Positions 17,940-26,993 of a stretch of DNA of 32,000 bases are shown piece by piece. The DNA is from Desulfobulbus propionicus DSM 2032 (GTDB lineage: Bacteria; Desulfobacterota; Desulfobulbia; Desulfobulbales; Desulfobulbaceae), in the NCBI RefSeq assembly GCF_000186885.1, contig NC_014972.1, positions 1,650,001 to 1,682,000 of the forward strand, given 5' to 3'. The position numbers and the translations under genes were made by a program. Position 1 is the first letter of the stretch. Each line of letters begins with the position of its first letter. The notes under the pieces were generated by a model that was not told where the DNA came from, did not search any database, and saw only the letters and a list, made by a program, of their open reading frames with translations.

Positions 17940-18545
17940 CTAGCGGGTGAGACAGTAGGATTGGACGAGATCGGTGCGGGTGACGATCCCGATGGGCCGT
18001 CCTTCGGCATCGACAATCGGCAGGCGGTTGATCCGCCGGTCGACGAACAGGGCGGCGATGGCGCCCATGGTGATTTCCAGCCCGGCGGTAATCGCTGGCG
18101 CGGTCATGATTTCGCGCACGCAATGGTTGCGCAGTGACATGGCCATGCAGCCCTTATGGGTCAGGCAGTGGGCGACAATCTGCATGAAGGTCAAGGGCGT
18201 CCCCATCCCCATCCTCGCAAGAAAATCCTTCTCCGAAAGCACGCCGGCCACCTTGCCCTCGGCATTGACCACCGGGGCACCGGAAAAGCCCTTGTCCGCC
18301 AGAAAGGTGGCCGCTTGGATCAGGTCCATGTCCTCGCTCACACACTGGGCTGGACAGACCATGATGTCCTGGGCGCGCAACGACTCCCTGAGCCGCCGCA
18401 GCGCATGGTTGTAGGCGACCTGAAAAACCTCGCGAAAATCCCCGGTGCTGATGTCGATGTAGCCCTGGATCTCTTTCATGGCGGCGAGCACGTCGGCATC
18501 GGCCAGCTCGATGGTGGTGCAGCAGGCTGCGGGTGGATGACTCAT
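17940..18545 (-). CDS. CBS domain pair-containing protein
   Basis: CVSEDMDLIQAATFLADKGFSGAPVVNAEGKVAGVLSEKDFLARMG and VREIMTAPAITAGLEITMGAIAALFVDRRINRLPIVDAEGRPIGIVTRTDLVQ. Confidence 0.92.
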   Translation of the reverse strand: MSHPPAACCTTIELADADVLAAMKEIQGYIDISTGDFREVFQVAYNHALRRLRESLRAQDIMVCPAQCVSEDMDLIQAATFLADKGFSGAPVVNAEGKVAGVLSEKDFLARMGMGTPLTFMQIVAHCLTHKGCMAMSLRNHCVREIMTAPAITAGLEITMGAIAALFVDRRINRLPIVDAEGRPIGIVTRTDLVQSYCLTR

Positions 18546-18643
18546 GGGCAGTTCCTCGATTGCGGTGGTGGGATGATATGTTCCATATCCTGTTCGAGTT
18601 GGACACAGGATGCGGTCTTGGTACCGCGTAACGGGGCGCTTGC

Positions 18644-18661
18644 AATTGACCTAGGTCAATT
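18644..18661. promoter_or_regulatory. Perfect 18-bp palindrome resembling an FNR/CRP/HcpR-family operator (TTGAC-N4-GTCAA)
   Basis: aattgacct|aggtcaatt, roughly 100 bp upstream of the CBS-HPP gene pair. Confidence 0.6.
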
Positions 18662-18802
18662 TTTCAGCAAATTTGTGGAGCCGGCGCGATCTGGCGGCCT
18701 CTCCGAGCCTCCGGCAGCGGGTGTTCAGAGGGGTGCCCGAAGCCGCAGAATCGATCGGGATGAGCATTGTATCCCTGTGGCCGCCGGCGCGACAAGGCGC
18801 GT

Positions 18803-19729
18803 TTAAGGGATGGTGCGGAGAAAGACCTGCTGGTAAAGATGGCGATAACGTTGCTTGCTGTTGGCGTCCAACCATCGTTCATAGGCCTGCCGATATCGTT
18901 CGCTGGGTCGCTCCTGGATAAGGATGGCGTTGATTTTGTCGATAACCGCCTTTCCCCATTCGGTTTTTGCACATCCCACGGCGCACATCCAGCCCTCGTA
19001 CCCTTGTTGATTTTCCTCGATCAGCAGGGTGGCGAGCTGTTCCCGCAGTCCGAGCTGTTCCGCCTGATACAGGGCCTCGTCGGGCAGACCGATCAGGCCG
19101 TCGAGGCGATCGCGCATCAGCATGGCGAAGAAATTGGGCGGAAGTTTCTGCCCCGTGAAGAGCAGCAGATTCTCCCTCTGGCCATGGGCCTTGAGCACAG
19201 CATCGACGCTGGTGCCATAGGACCGGTCCTTGCTGAATCCAATAGCCAGATCCGGATTGCCGAGCACGGCATCAAGGCTGATGCGCGGTCCGCCGCCGAA
19301 CCGCGCCAGTTTGTCCTTGCGGACGATCAGCGCCGCAGGCATGGTCAAAAAGGTGGGAATGGAAAAATGCATGAACGCTTCGCGCTCTGGGGTCCGGTAA
19401 AGCCCGACCATGCAGACGTGTTCGCCCTTCTCGAAGGCGCTGAAACGACGGATCGCGTTGGTGACCATTTCCTGGTGGTCATACTCGGGCAGACGTTGTC
19501 GAAGGATCGCGCTGACCACGTCGCCGTAGCCTTGGTTGCGGTCTATTCCTTCCTGGATGAGAAAGGGCGGCATGTCGACTTCCATCCAGGTGATCGTGTC
19601 CCGGGCACCGGCTGGAAAGGGCAGGGCGAAGACAAGGGCGACGAGCGTCATGGCGAGAAGGTTGGCGGCTCGCCACGACACCCATGGGCAAAACCGGCTG
19701 GCGGAGGTCCGCTGGCCAACGGTTCGCAT
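18803..19729 (-). CDS. Periplasmic solute-binding-like protein (TIGR02285-like)
   Basis: Signal-like segment AANLLAMTLVALVFALPFPAGA then DTITWMEVDMPPFLIQEGIDRNQGYGDVVSAILRQRLPEY...LLIEENQQGYEGWMCAVGCAKTEWGKAVIDKINAIL. Start chosen at 19729. Confidence 0.7.
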   Translation of the reverse strand: MRTVGQRTSASRFCPWVSWRAANLLAMTLVALVFALPFPAGARDTITWMEVDMPPFLIQEGIDRNQGYGDVVSAILRQRLPEYDHQEMVTNAIRRFSAFEKGEHVCMVGLYRTPEREAFMHFSIPTFLTMPAALIVRKDKLARFGGGPRISLDAVLGNPDLAIGFSKDRSYGTSVDAVLKAHGQRENLLLFTGQKLPPNFFAMLMRDRLDGLIGLPDEALYQAEQLGLREQLATLLIEENQQGYEGWMCAVGCAKTEWGKAVIDKINAILIQERPSERYRQAYERWLDANSKQRYRHLYQQVFLRTIP

Positions 19730-19793
19730 CCCGCAGGCGCAGCTTTCCAGGGGATGGCGCGGAAGCCGGGCGCTGCGAACCGGCAGGCAATGA

Positions 19794-20318
19794 TTATCGA
19801 TGCCGGCCACCGCCCCGTCGGTCATCGCCCCGCCGGTCATGATCATGACGTTTGCCGTTGTCCCGGTATTCCTTGTGCACATAGACCTTTTTGGGCGGTT
19901 TGTGCTTGTATTTCTTGTATTCGTAGTATCGCGGCTCGTGAACGATGACCGGCGGCGGGGGCGCAACCACTCGGCGAGGATGGTACTGGCGGTGGCGCGG
20001 CACATACACCTCGTTGTACCAGCCGTCGTCAATGAAATAGACCGGCCGGCCGCAGGCGCCATAGCGGTCGCAGTACCTGTACCACTGTTTGACATGACCG
20101 GGCGGCACCCGCAGGTAGATCGGCGGATACCAGGTGGTGACCCGCCGGACAACGATCGGTTCCTCATAGATCAGCCGGGGGGCGGGATAGCCGCCGATAT
20201 CGATGCGGCCGTAGAACCCTGGTTCGCCCACGCTGATGGAAACACCGGCATGGACCGTTCCCACCATCGTCATCAACTGGATGATCGCACAAAAAAGGAT
20301 TGCCAATACTACGTTCAT
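19794..20318 (-). CDS. Exported hypothetical protein with a His/Arg/Tyr-rich basic tail
   Basis: MNVVLAILFCAIIQLMTMVGTVHAG signal peptide; tail YKKYKHKPPKKVYVHKEYRDNGKRHDHDRRGDDRRGGGRHR. Confidence 0.75.
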   Translation of the reverse strand: MNVVLAILFCAIIQLMTMVGTVHAGVSISVGEPGFYGRIDIGGYPAPRLIYEEPIVVRRVTTWYPPIYLRVPPGHVKQWYRYCDRYGACGRPVYFIDDGWYNEVYVPRHRQYHPRRVVAPPPPVIVHEPRYYEYKKYKHKPPKKVYVHKEYRDNGKRHDHDRRGDDRRGGGRHR

Positions 20319-20710
20319 GATGCTCTCCCTGACGGCAATGCCGTCAATGGTGTTGATCTCGGGTCCCGGCAGTCTGCGGGAGACAAGGGCTTCCGCGAGG
20401 TGCCGCCTGCGAACATCAAGCGGCGCGGGACGGCAGGTGACTCTCCCCTGCGGCTCCGTTTGGTTCATGAAACAACTCGTTGAAAACGAATGATTGAAAA
20501 GTGAATATAGTCCATCTCCCACCCGTCGCATAGGAAAAACGGCGGGGAACGGCGGGCCGCGGCGGTCAGTGGCCGGATGTGGTATTGGCCTCGCACGACG
20601 TTTGCCGACCTTCGTCCTTGGCCGGCTGGGCTGCCTGTGGTATAGAACACCGCCTGGACAATGGGGAAGCAGTTGACAAGGGGCGATACGCACAACCAAG
20701 GAGAACGTCT

Positions 20711-21043
20711 ATGGAAATAACAAAGATTGTGGTGACCGACCTGATCATGGCCGGCGGTCTGTTCGCGGAAGAGGGGTATGACGTCGAGCAGAGCGCCGAC
20801 AATCTGGCCGATCTCAAGGGGCAGATTATTGTTGGGTTCCTCGAAGAGGTCTATCCCGGCGTGGAAGTCTACGCCGACATCGCCATCCAGCGGAAAGCGG
20901 GACAGACGCGTCCCTTGGAAGTGCTGGCCTATTCCGAGACCAAGGAGATCGTGCCGAGTGTTTCCGCAGCTCTTCGGGAGCAGCTGGAGCGGCGTATTGC
21001 CGAGGCTTCGGCCGATCTGGCCTGGGCCGTGCGTCAGGAATAG
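20711..21043 (+). CDS. Hypothetical protein, 110 aa
   Basis: MEITKIVVTDLIMAGGLFAEEGYDVEQSADNLADLKGQIIVGFLEEVYPGVEVYADIAIQRKAG...; aaggaga SD upstream of the ATG. Confidence 0.7.
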   Translation: MEITKIVVTDLIMAGGLFAEEGYDVEQSADNLADLKGQIIVGFLEEVYPGVEVYADIAIQRKAGQTRPLEVLAYSETKEIVPSVSAALREQLERRIAEASADLAWAVRQE

Positions 21044-21100
21044 CCGGCAGGAGGCGCGTGGCCCAGGCTGAACGGAGGCCTTCCGTTCGTGGGAGGACCG

Positions 21101-22228
21101 TCAAAATTCAAATCCGATCTTGGTGGTGATCCCGTATCCTTCGTCCTCGCCCATCCCCTTATCGGTCGAATATTCCTTGTCGAGGTAATATTCGAGGGTA
21201 AAGGTGGTGGTGTCGCGCAGCACCATGGACGCCCTGGTTTTGTACCGTTCCTCGGGAAGATACAGTTGCAGTGCGTCCGATGACTTCAGATAGCCGACGG
21301 CCAGGGTTGTCTCCCTGTGCAGCAATTCGGTGGAATACGCCAGTTCGCTGTTCCAGGCAATGGGGTCGGTTTCGCCATTGGTCACGGCCAGATCCGCCGG
21401 TCCGACCTCGGAATCGATGGCCCGCAGGTAGCCGCCGGTCAGGGTGAAATCGCGGTAACTCGCTCCAAGGGTGAGATTGACTCCAGACACGCTGTCGGTG
21501 GTGTCGTCATCCCCAATCAGGGCCATTCCCTTGGTGTCGGCGATATCCTGAATCCAGGTGACGCCGGCATTGACCGTGGCTTTGTCATCCATTCGGTAAC
21601 GATAGGCAAAGGGCGACTCGGTCCTGCCGCCGGTGCCGCTGTCGGCATGGACAGCCGAGGACCGACTGGGGTTACCGCTTTCCAGGAGGGAAGTGGTCAG
21701 TGACGGCGACACATCGTCCGCGCTCAGCCGCAGGGGACCCGGAACCAGCGGCGAGAAAAAATTACCGTAAAAGGGGTCGTATGTCCCGGCGTCGAGGTCG
21801 AGTGGTTGGATCTCGATGACATTTTGCCAGGAATCGACCCATTGCGCCCAATAAACCTCGCCGCGTTCGATCCGGTCACCTCCCAATTGGGCCCAGACCC
21901 ACAACAGCCGCTTGTCGGTAAACAGACAACCAAAGTGCGCCAGATCAAAGGGGCTGGCTTCAATATCCCCGGCAATGGTCCGTGCCAGGCTGTCATCCAG
22001 GAGTTGCTGGCCGAGAAGAACAAAGGGGCTGATGGTGTTTCCACCTCTTTTTTTGGCGGAATGGGCACGGGGTTGCTTCGGGGAGCCGGTGCCGCGCTTA
22101 TGGCGCGCATTGCCGACCTGTTGCTCTTTCCCTGTCGCGGTCGCGGCCAGCGAGGGACAGGGGAGGAGAAGGCACAACAACCCGGCGATGGTTGTCGCGG
22201 CCAGGATGTGATGCGGTCGGATGGCCAT
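21101..22228 (-). CDS. LbtU-family siderophore-porin-like outer-membrane beta-barrel protein
   Basis: Signal peptide, VNLTLGASYRDFTLTGGYLRA..., C-terminal FTLEYYLDKEYSTDKGMGEDEGYGITTKIGFEF ending in a terminal Phe typical of OM proteins. Confidence 0.7.
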   Translation of the reverse strand: MAIRPHHILAATTIAGLLCLLLPCPSLAATATGKEQQVGNARHKRGTGSPKQPRAHSAKKRGGNTISPFVLLGQQLLDDSLARTIAGDIEASPFDLAHFGCLFTDKRLLWVWAQLGGDRIERGEVYWAQWVDSWQNVIEIQPLDLDAGTYDPFYGNFFSPLVPGPLRLSADDVSPSLTTSLLESGNPSRSSAVHADSGTGGRTESPFAYRYRMDDKATVNAGVTWIQDIADTKGMALIGDDDTTDSVSGVNLTLGASYRDFTLTGGYLRAIDSEVGPADLAVTNGETDPIAWNSELAYSTELLHRETTLAVGYLKSSDALQLYLPEERYKTRASMVLRDTTTFTLEYYLDKEYSTDKGMGEDEGYGITTKIGFEF

Positions 22229-22523
22229 CAACGTTCGACAGGGAGTGGGTGTGGGACGACAACAAGGAGCCGCGTCCAAGGTGGCATGCTCATAACGCAG
22301 TAAAATATAAACATGACGACCAGAATGCAAGCTATCCCATGCATGCTCCTGTCCGCCGATTTTTGCGGACGGTCTTGATCCGCGTGTTGAAAGCGTATCT
22401 CCGGCGCGGCGGCGATCTTCTTCCGGATTTTGTTGCCTTTCAGACCGCTCAGCGGGACTTCCTGGCGTTATGGGGTAGCCAAATGTATCAAGTTGCTGTA
22501 TGGAACGAGAGCAAGTATTTTGC

Positions 22524-23063
22524 ATGACCATAAGGCCCATGATGAACGAGCAGACACAACTCAGTGCCAGCCAGGAAGATTACCTGGAGGCTGTGTACCA
22601 TATCGCCAGCGAAAAAAAGGTGGCCCGCGCCAAGGACATCGCCAAACGGCTCGATGTTCGCGCCTCCTCGGTGACCAACGCGCTGCGCGTCCTCTCCTCG
22701 CTCGGCCTGATCAATTACGCGCCCTATGACCTGATCACCCTGACCGATGCCGGGTTGACGGCGGCCAGGGAAATTGTCGGCCGGCACGAGGCCTTGGCCA
22801 ATTTCTTGGTCATCGTCTTGGGGGTCGATCCGGTCGAGGCCGATCAGGCTGCCTGCAAGATGGAACATTCGGTGCCCAAACCCATTGTCAATCGCTTGAT
22901 TCAGTATGCCGAATACATCAGCCACTGTCCGCGTGGCGGCATCACCTGGGATTCGGGATTCGGCTACTACTGCAAAACAGGCTGCGCCCCCGGTCAGTGC
23001 GAGCGCTCGCGACCCGGCGTTGTTCCGTCCCACCCCAAGCCTCCGGATGGCAAACCAACCTGA
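22524..23063 (+). CDS. DtxR/MntR-family metal-dependent transcriptional regulator
   Basis: SASQEDYLEAVYHIASEKKVARAKDIAKRLDVRASSVTNALRVLSSLGLINYAPYDLITLTDAGLTAAREIVGRHEALANFLVIVLGV. Confidence 0.9.
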   Translation: MTIRPMMNEQTQLSASQEDYLEAVYHIASEKKVARAKDIAKRLDVRASSVTNALRVLSSLGLINYAPYDLITLTDAGLTAAREIVGRHEALANFLVIVLGVDPVEADQAACKMEHSVPKPIVNRLIQYAEYISHCPRGGITWDSGFGYYCKTGCAPGQCERSRPGVVPSHPKPPDGKPT

Positions 23064-24036
23064 AGGCCGCTGGAACGCCTGCCTGCTCTGCCTGTTGATC
23101 CTGGCCGGCATGCTGGTGCATGGCTGCGACGACGACCACCACAACAATCTCAAAGAAAATTCTCCCGCAAAACAAATCAGTATGGATCATCCTGAAATCA
23201 TGCAACTCCTGTTTCGCCCGATTCAGGTGGCGAAAAACACCCCACCCGAAGGGGCAATCGACATCGACGTGCCGGTCGCCGACGGCGTCACCATTGCCTG
23301 CCGGCTGTATGGCCACGCCCCTTCGTCCTCGACCCTGATCTTTTTTCACGGCAACGGCGAAATCATTCCCGATTACGATGAAATTGGCCCCTCTTACGTC
23401 CGCGAGGGGCTCAATTTCCTGGTCGCCGAGTATCGCGGCTACGGCTGGAGCACCGGCACCCCCCTGACCAGCACCCTGCTGCCGGACAGCAATGCGGTGT
23501 TTCTCTTTTTGACACAATGGCTCAAACAGCAGGGCTACACCGGCGCTCTGTTTGTCATGGGCCGTTCCCTGGGAAGCGCCAGTGCCATCGACGTGGCGGT
23601 CAATCACAGCGACGAGCTCACCGGGCTGATCATCGAATCCGGTTTTGCCAAAACCCTGCCGCTGGCCAAAATGCTGGGGGTCGATCTGGCGGTCATGGGC
23701 ATCACCGAGGAGCAGGGGTTCAACAACAGCGGCAAGATCGCCCGGTTCACCAAGCCCACCTTCATCCTCCACGGCCAGTACGACCAGCTGATCCCCCTGT
23801 GGCAGGCCGAAACCCTGCAGGCGGAGAGCGGCGCCAAAAACAAGGAGTTGCAGATCGTGCCGGGCGCGGACCACAATTCGCTCATTGCCGTGGCCGGGCC
23901 GCTCTACTTCCAGGCGATTCGTAAATTCGTCGACAAGGCCGCCGGCACCGCCCCGGACTGGCGTGAGCGGCGGCGGCAGTTCAAGGCGCAGCAGGCCGCA
24001 CGCCAGGCGCAACAGGCCGCCGGAAATACGCCATGA
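23047..24036 (+). CDS. Alpha/beta hydrolase, probable lipoprotein
   Basis: LCLLILAGMLVHGC lipobox-like; LIFFHGNGEI, GYGWSTG, VMGRSLGSASAIDVA, FILHGQYDQLIPLWQAE, GADHNSL. Confidence 0.85.
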   Translation: MANQPEGRWNACLLCLLILAGMLVHGCDDDHHNNLKENSPAKQISMDHPEIMQLLFRPIQVAKNTPPEGAIDIDVPVADGVTIACRLYGHAPSSSTLIFFHGNGEIIPDYDEIGPSYVREGLNFLVAEYRGYGWSTGTPLTSTLLPDSNAVFLFLTQWLKQQGYTGALFVMGRSLGSASAIDVAVNHSDELTGLIIESGFAKTLPLAKMLGVDLAVMGITEEQGFNNSGKIARFTKPTFILHGQYDQLIPLWQAETLQAESGAKNKELQIVPGADHNSLIAVAGPLYFQAIRKFVDKAAGTAPDWRERRRQFKAQQAARQAQQAAGNTP

Positions 24037-24527
24037 CCAGCAAACGGACCGATTACCTGTCCTGGGACGAATACTTCATGGCCGTGGCCATCCTTTCCGG
24101 CCACCGGTCCAAGGACCCCAACACCCAGGTGGGGGCCTGCGTGGCCAACAGCCAGAACAAGATCGTCGGCGTCGGCTACAACGGCTTTCCCTGGGGCTGC
24201 TCGGACGACGAACTGCCCTGGTCCCGGGAAGGCAGCTATCTGGATACCAAGTATCCCTATGTGTGCCATGCCGAACTCAACGCGGTGCTCAACTCGATCA
24301 CCTACGACTTGCGCGATTGCCGGCTGTATGTGGCTCTTTTTCCGTGCAACGAGTGCACCAAGGTCATTATTCAGGCCGGCATCCGCGAGATAATCTATCT
24401 TTCCGACAAGTACAAGGAGAGCGATTCGGTGCTGGCGTCGAAGATCATGTTGGACAAATCCAACACCACCTATCGCCAATTTTTTCCGTCGCGGGATTCG
24501 GTGCTGCTCAAATTCAGCGTCGACTGA
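24033..24527 (+). CDS. Deoxycytidylate (dCMP) deaminase
   Basis: YFMAVAILSGHRSKDPNTQVGACV...VCHAELNAVLNS...LFPCNECTKVIIQAGI; zinc-binding HAE...PCxxC motif. Confidence 0.93.
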   Translation: MTSKRTDYLSWDEYFMAVAILSGHRSKDPNTQVGACVANSQNKIVGVGYNGFPWGCSDDELPWSREGSYLDTKYPYVCHAELNAVLNSITYDLRDCRLYVALFPCNECTKVIIQAGIREIIYLSDKYKESDSVLASKIMLDKSNTTYRQFFPSRDSVLLKFSVD

Positions 24528-24624
24528 TATTGCCGACTGCGGCGCGATCCTTGTCCGGATGCGCCGCCACGGCCCCGACGTACCGTACCCGCCATTTTTT
24601 TGTCAATATCAACCAAGGAACCGA

Positions 24625-25860
24625 ATGCAATTTGAACAACTGGCTCTGCCAGAACCCCTCGGCAAGGGTATTGCCGAAGCAGGATTCACCGAATGTACGC
24701 CCATCCAGGAACTGACCCTTCCCCTCACCCTCGGCGGCAAGGACGTGGCCGGCCGCGGCCAGACCGGCACCGGCAAGACCGCCGCCTTTCTCATCACCCT
24801 GTTTGACCGGCTGCTGAAAAACAATCCGCCCGCAAGCCCGAATCCTCGCGCCCTGATCCTGGCCCCGACCCGCGAGCTGGTGGTGCAGATCCATCAGGAT
24901 GCGCTGCTATTGGGCAAGCACTGCGGCTTTTCCATCCAGGCGGCGTACGGCGGGGTGGACTACAACAAACAGCGCGAGGCCCTGCGCACCGGGGTCGATG
25001 TCCTGATCGGCACCCCCGGTCGGTTGATCGATTTTCTCAAACAGAAGATCTACACCCTTGCTGATATCGAGATGCTGGTCATCGACGAGGCCGATCGCAT
25101 GTTCGACCTGGGGTTCATCGGCGACCTGCGCTTTCTCCTCCGCCGGCTGCCGGCCTTTGACAAGCGCCAAAATCTGATGTTCTCCGCCACCCTCAACCAT
25201 CGGGTGATGGAACTGGCCTACGAGTTCATGAACATGCCCGAGAAGGTCAGTGTCAGCGGCGACAGCATGACCGCAGACAAGATCGAGGAGATTCTCTTCC
25301 ACGTTTCCAGCAAGGAGAAGTTTCCTCTCCTGCTCGGCTTGCTGCGTCGCGAGGGCATGGAACGGACCATGATTTTCGTCAACACCAAGCGCGAGGGCGA
25401 GCGGCTGCAGGCCCGGTTGATGGCCAACGACCACCCCTGCCGCCTGATCTCCGGCGATGTGGCCCAGGAAAAACGTTTGCGGATCATGCGCGATTTCAAG
25501 GCGGGCAAGCTGCCGATGCTGATCGCCACCGACGTGGCCTCGCGCGGGCTGCACATCGAGGGGGTGTCGCATGTGATCAACTACGATTTGCCCGAGGACT
25601 GCGAGGACTACGTGCACCGCATCGGCCGCACGGCCCGGGCCGGAGCCGAAGGCAAGGCCATCTCCCTGGCCGACGAGACCGGGGTGCTTTCCCTGGAAGC
25701 CATCGAGGAATACATCGGCCACCCGATCCCCACCGAGTGGGCCGAGGACGAACTGTTTGTCATCGACTACAAGCATCCACCGAGAACGGCTCGCAGAAAC
25801 ACGAAACCCGTGAACACGACGCCCAGGGGAGGGAAGGCCCGCTCGGGCAGGCGGCGTTGA
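24625..25860 (+). CDS. DEAD/DEAH-box ATP-dependent RNA helicase
   Basis: GRGQTGTGKTAAFL, PTRELVVQI, VIDEADRMFDLGF, DVASRGLHIEGVSHVINYDLPEDCEDYVHRIGRTARAG. Confidence 0.96.
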   Translation: MQFEQLALPEPLGKGIAEAGFTECTPIQELTLPLTLGGKDVAGRGQTGTGKTAAFLITLFDRLLKNNPPASPNPRALILAPTRELVVQIHQDALLLGKHCGFSIQAAYGGVDYNKQREALRTGVDVLIGTPGRLIDFLKQKIYTLADIEMLVIDEADRMFDLGFIGDLRFLLRRLPAFDKRQNLMFSATLNHRVMELAYEFMNMPEKVSVSGDSMTADKIEEILFHVSSKEKFPLLLGLLRREGMERTMIFVNTKREGERLQARLMANDHPCRLISGDVAQEKRLRIMRDFKAGKLPMLIATDVASRGLHIEGVSHVINYDLPEDCEDYVHRIGRTARAGAEGKAISLADETGVLSLEAIEEYIGHPIPTEWAEDELFVIDYKHPPRTARRNTKPVNTTPRGGKARSGRRR

Positions 25861-25991
25861 GCGGACAGGACAAGGCCGCGCTGAAGCGCGAGGTGCACGA
25901 CTCCTGTTCACATCCATCCTGAAAGGCCTGTGAACAGGATCAGGCGCACGACCACACATCCCCCCATCCCCTTAACGCACAGGAGGCCTGG

Positions 25992-26366
25992 ATGTCCGTT
26001 TTGAAAGATCCCAGAGTGTTTTTTGCAGCGGAGCGGACGTTGCTGGCCTGGACCCGCACCTCGCTCACCCTGATGGCCTTTGGTTTCGTGGTGGAACGGT
26101 TCGGACTCTTCCTCACCACGATCCTGCCCCGGTCCGAGGAAACGTTTCAGCGCGACCTCTCGTTTTGGATCGGCCTTTCGTTCATCCTCCTCGGCTCGTT
26201 GACCTCTGCCATGGCGGTCTGGCAGTACAGGAAAATCCTGCGGACGCTCAATCCCGAAGAAATTCCGACCGGCTATCTGACCAGTCTGGGCGCCTGGGCC
26301 AACCAGATCGTGGCCGTCCTCGGTCTGGCCCTGACCGTGTATCTCTTCCGGGGTTCAATGGTATGA
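25992..26366 (+). CDS. YidH-like DUF202 family membrane protein
   Basis: RVFFAAERTLLAWTRTSLTLMAFGFVVERFGLFL plus two further hydrophobic segments. Confidence 0.88.
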   Translation: MSVLKDPRVFFAAERTLLAWTRTSLTLMAFGFVVERFGLFLTTILPRSEETFQRDLSFWIGLSFILLGSLTSAMAVWQYRKILRTLNPEEIPTGYLTSLGAWANQIVAVLGLALTVYLFRGSMV

Positions 26367-26528
26367 TTTTCACGCCGGGAATTTTTCAAGGCCGAAGAGG
26401 TTGAAGGGAAACCCACTCGCCTGCCGACTCGTGTGAGCCTGGCGCATGACCGGAGAGCTTCCATGGTTATTGAATGCCCGTTGTCGGGCGTGATTGCCCG
26501 CTGGTTTGCAGGGTCAGAGCGAGCGTCG

Positions 26529-26609
26529 GCCCACAAGTACAGCTGGCCCAAGATCATGAACACCCGCCACGGGCATGTGCAGGGTTTCAATGCCCGGGCG
26601 ATGATGTGA
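26529..26609 (+). pseudogene. Transposase remnant (DDE-type, IS1182-like motif)
   Basis: Short frame AHKYSWPKIMNTRHGHVQGFNARAMM* resembles the common transposase motif ..SRIMKTRxGxVQGYNAQAVV; no intact ORF around it. Confidence 0.4.
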
Positions 26610-26634
26610 CGGTGGCCCAACGCTGTTCGGAGCT

Positions 26635-26985
26635 TTATGCGGGAGGTTCGTTAGTCTCTTCAAAGATGAAACCATACCATGGCCGCCTGTTCATATAACC
26701 AAGCGAATAGCATTCCATCTTCTGTTCCGCGTGTTTTCGCGCCATGTACTCCATCCATGCCGATGCCTGCAATCGGCTCGGAAACGGTCCCACCTCGACG
26801 ATGGGGCGATGGGCTATGCCTTTCTTGTCCAAAAACCTGTTGATTTCCGTCATTTCTTGATAGATGGCCGCTTGCATGCCGCGTTGTTCCTTGCGTGTCG
26901 TCCGTTGCTGTTGATGAACATGCCCCTTGATGTCGGTCAAAGGGAAGAATAATCGTTGGTCTCTTGCTGCGGTGCGTGTGCGCAT
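26635..26985 (-). CDS. Hypothetical protein
   Basis: 116-aa ORF: ...MQAAIYQEMTEINRFLDKKGIAHRPIVEVGPFPSRLQASAWMEYMARKHAEQKMECYSLGYMNRRPWYGFIFEETNE; start uncertain. Confidence 0.55.
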   Translation of the reverse strand: MRTRTAARDQRLFFPLTDIKGHVHQQQRTTRKEQRGMQAAIYQEMTEINRFLDKKGIAHRPIVEVGPFPSRLQASAWMEYMARKHAEQKMECYSLGYMNRRPWYGFIFEETNEPPA

Positions 26986-26993
26986 GGCCGGCT

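Noticed and set aside
12499-18545. One single nine-gene stress operon
   Set aside because: The terminator at 17358-17398 and gaps around the PAS gene argue for several transcription units; only a co-directional cluster is claimed.
18767-19948. 393-aa plus-strand ORF
   Set aside because: Antisense to the solute-binding-like protein with a signal peptide; no recognisable domain.
21070-21088. Hairpin gaacgga-ggcct-tccgttc between convergent genes
   Set aside because: Possible bidirectional terminator, but it lacks a U-tract on either strand, so it is not called.
22942-24012. 356-aa minus-strand ORF (and 22488..23153 -)
   Set aside because: Shadow frames opposite the alpha/beta hydrolase and DtxR-like regulator.
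24907-25959. 350-aa minus-strand ORF
   Set aside because: Antisense to the DEAD-box helicase, whose motifs are intact.
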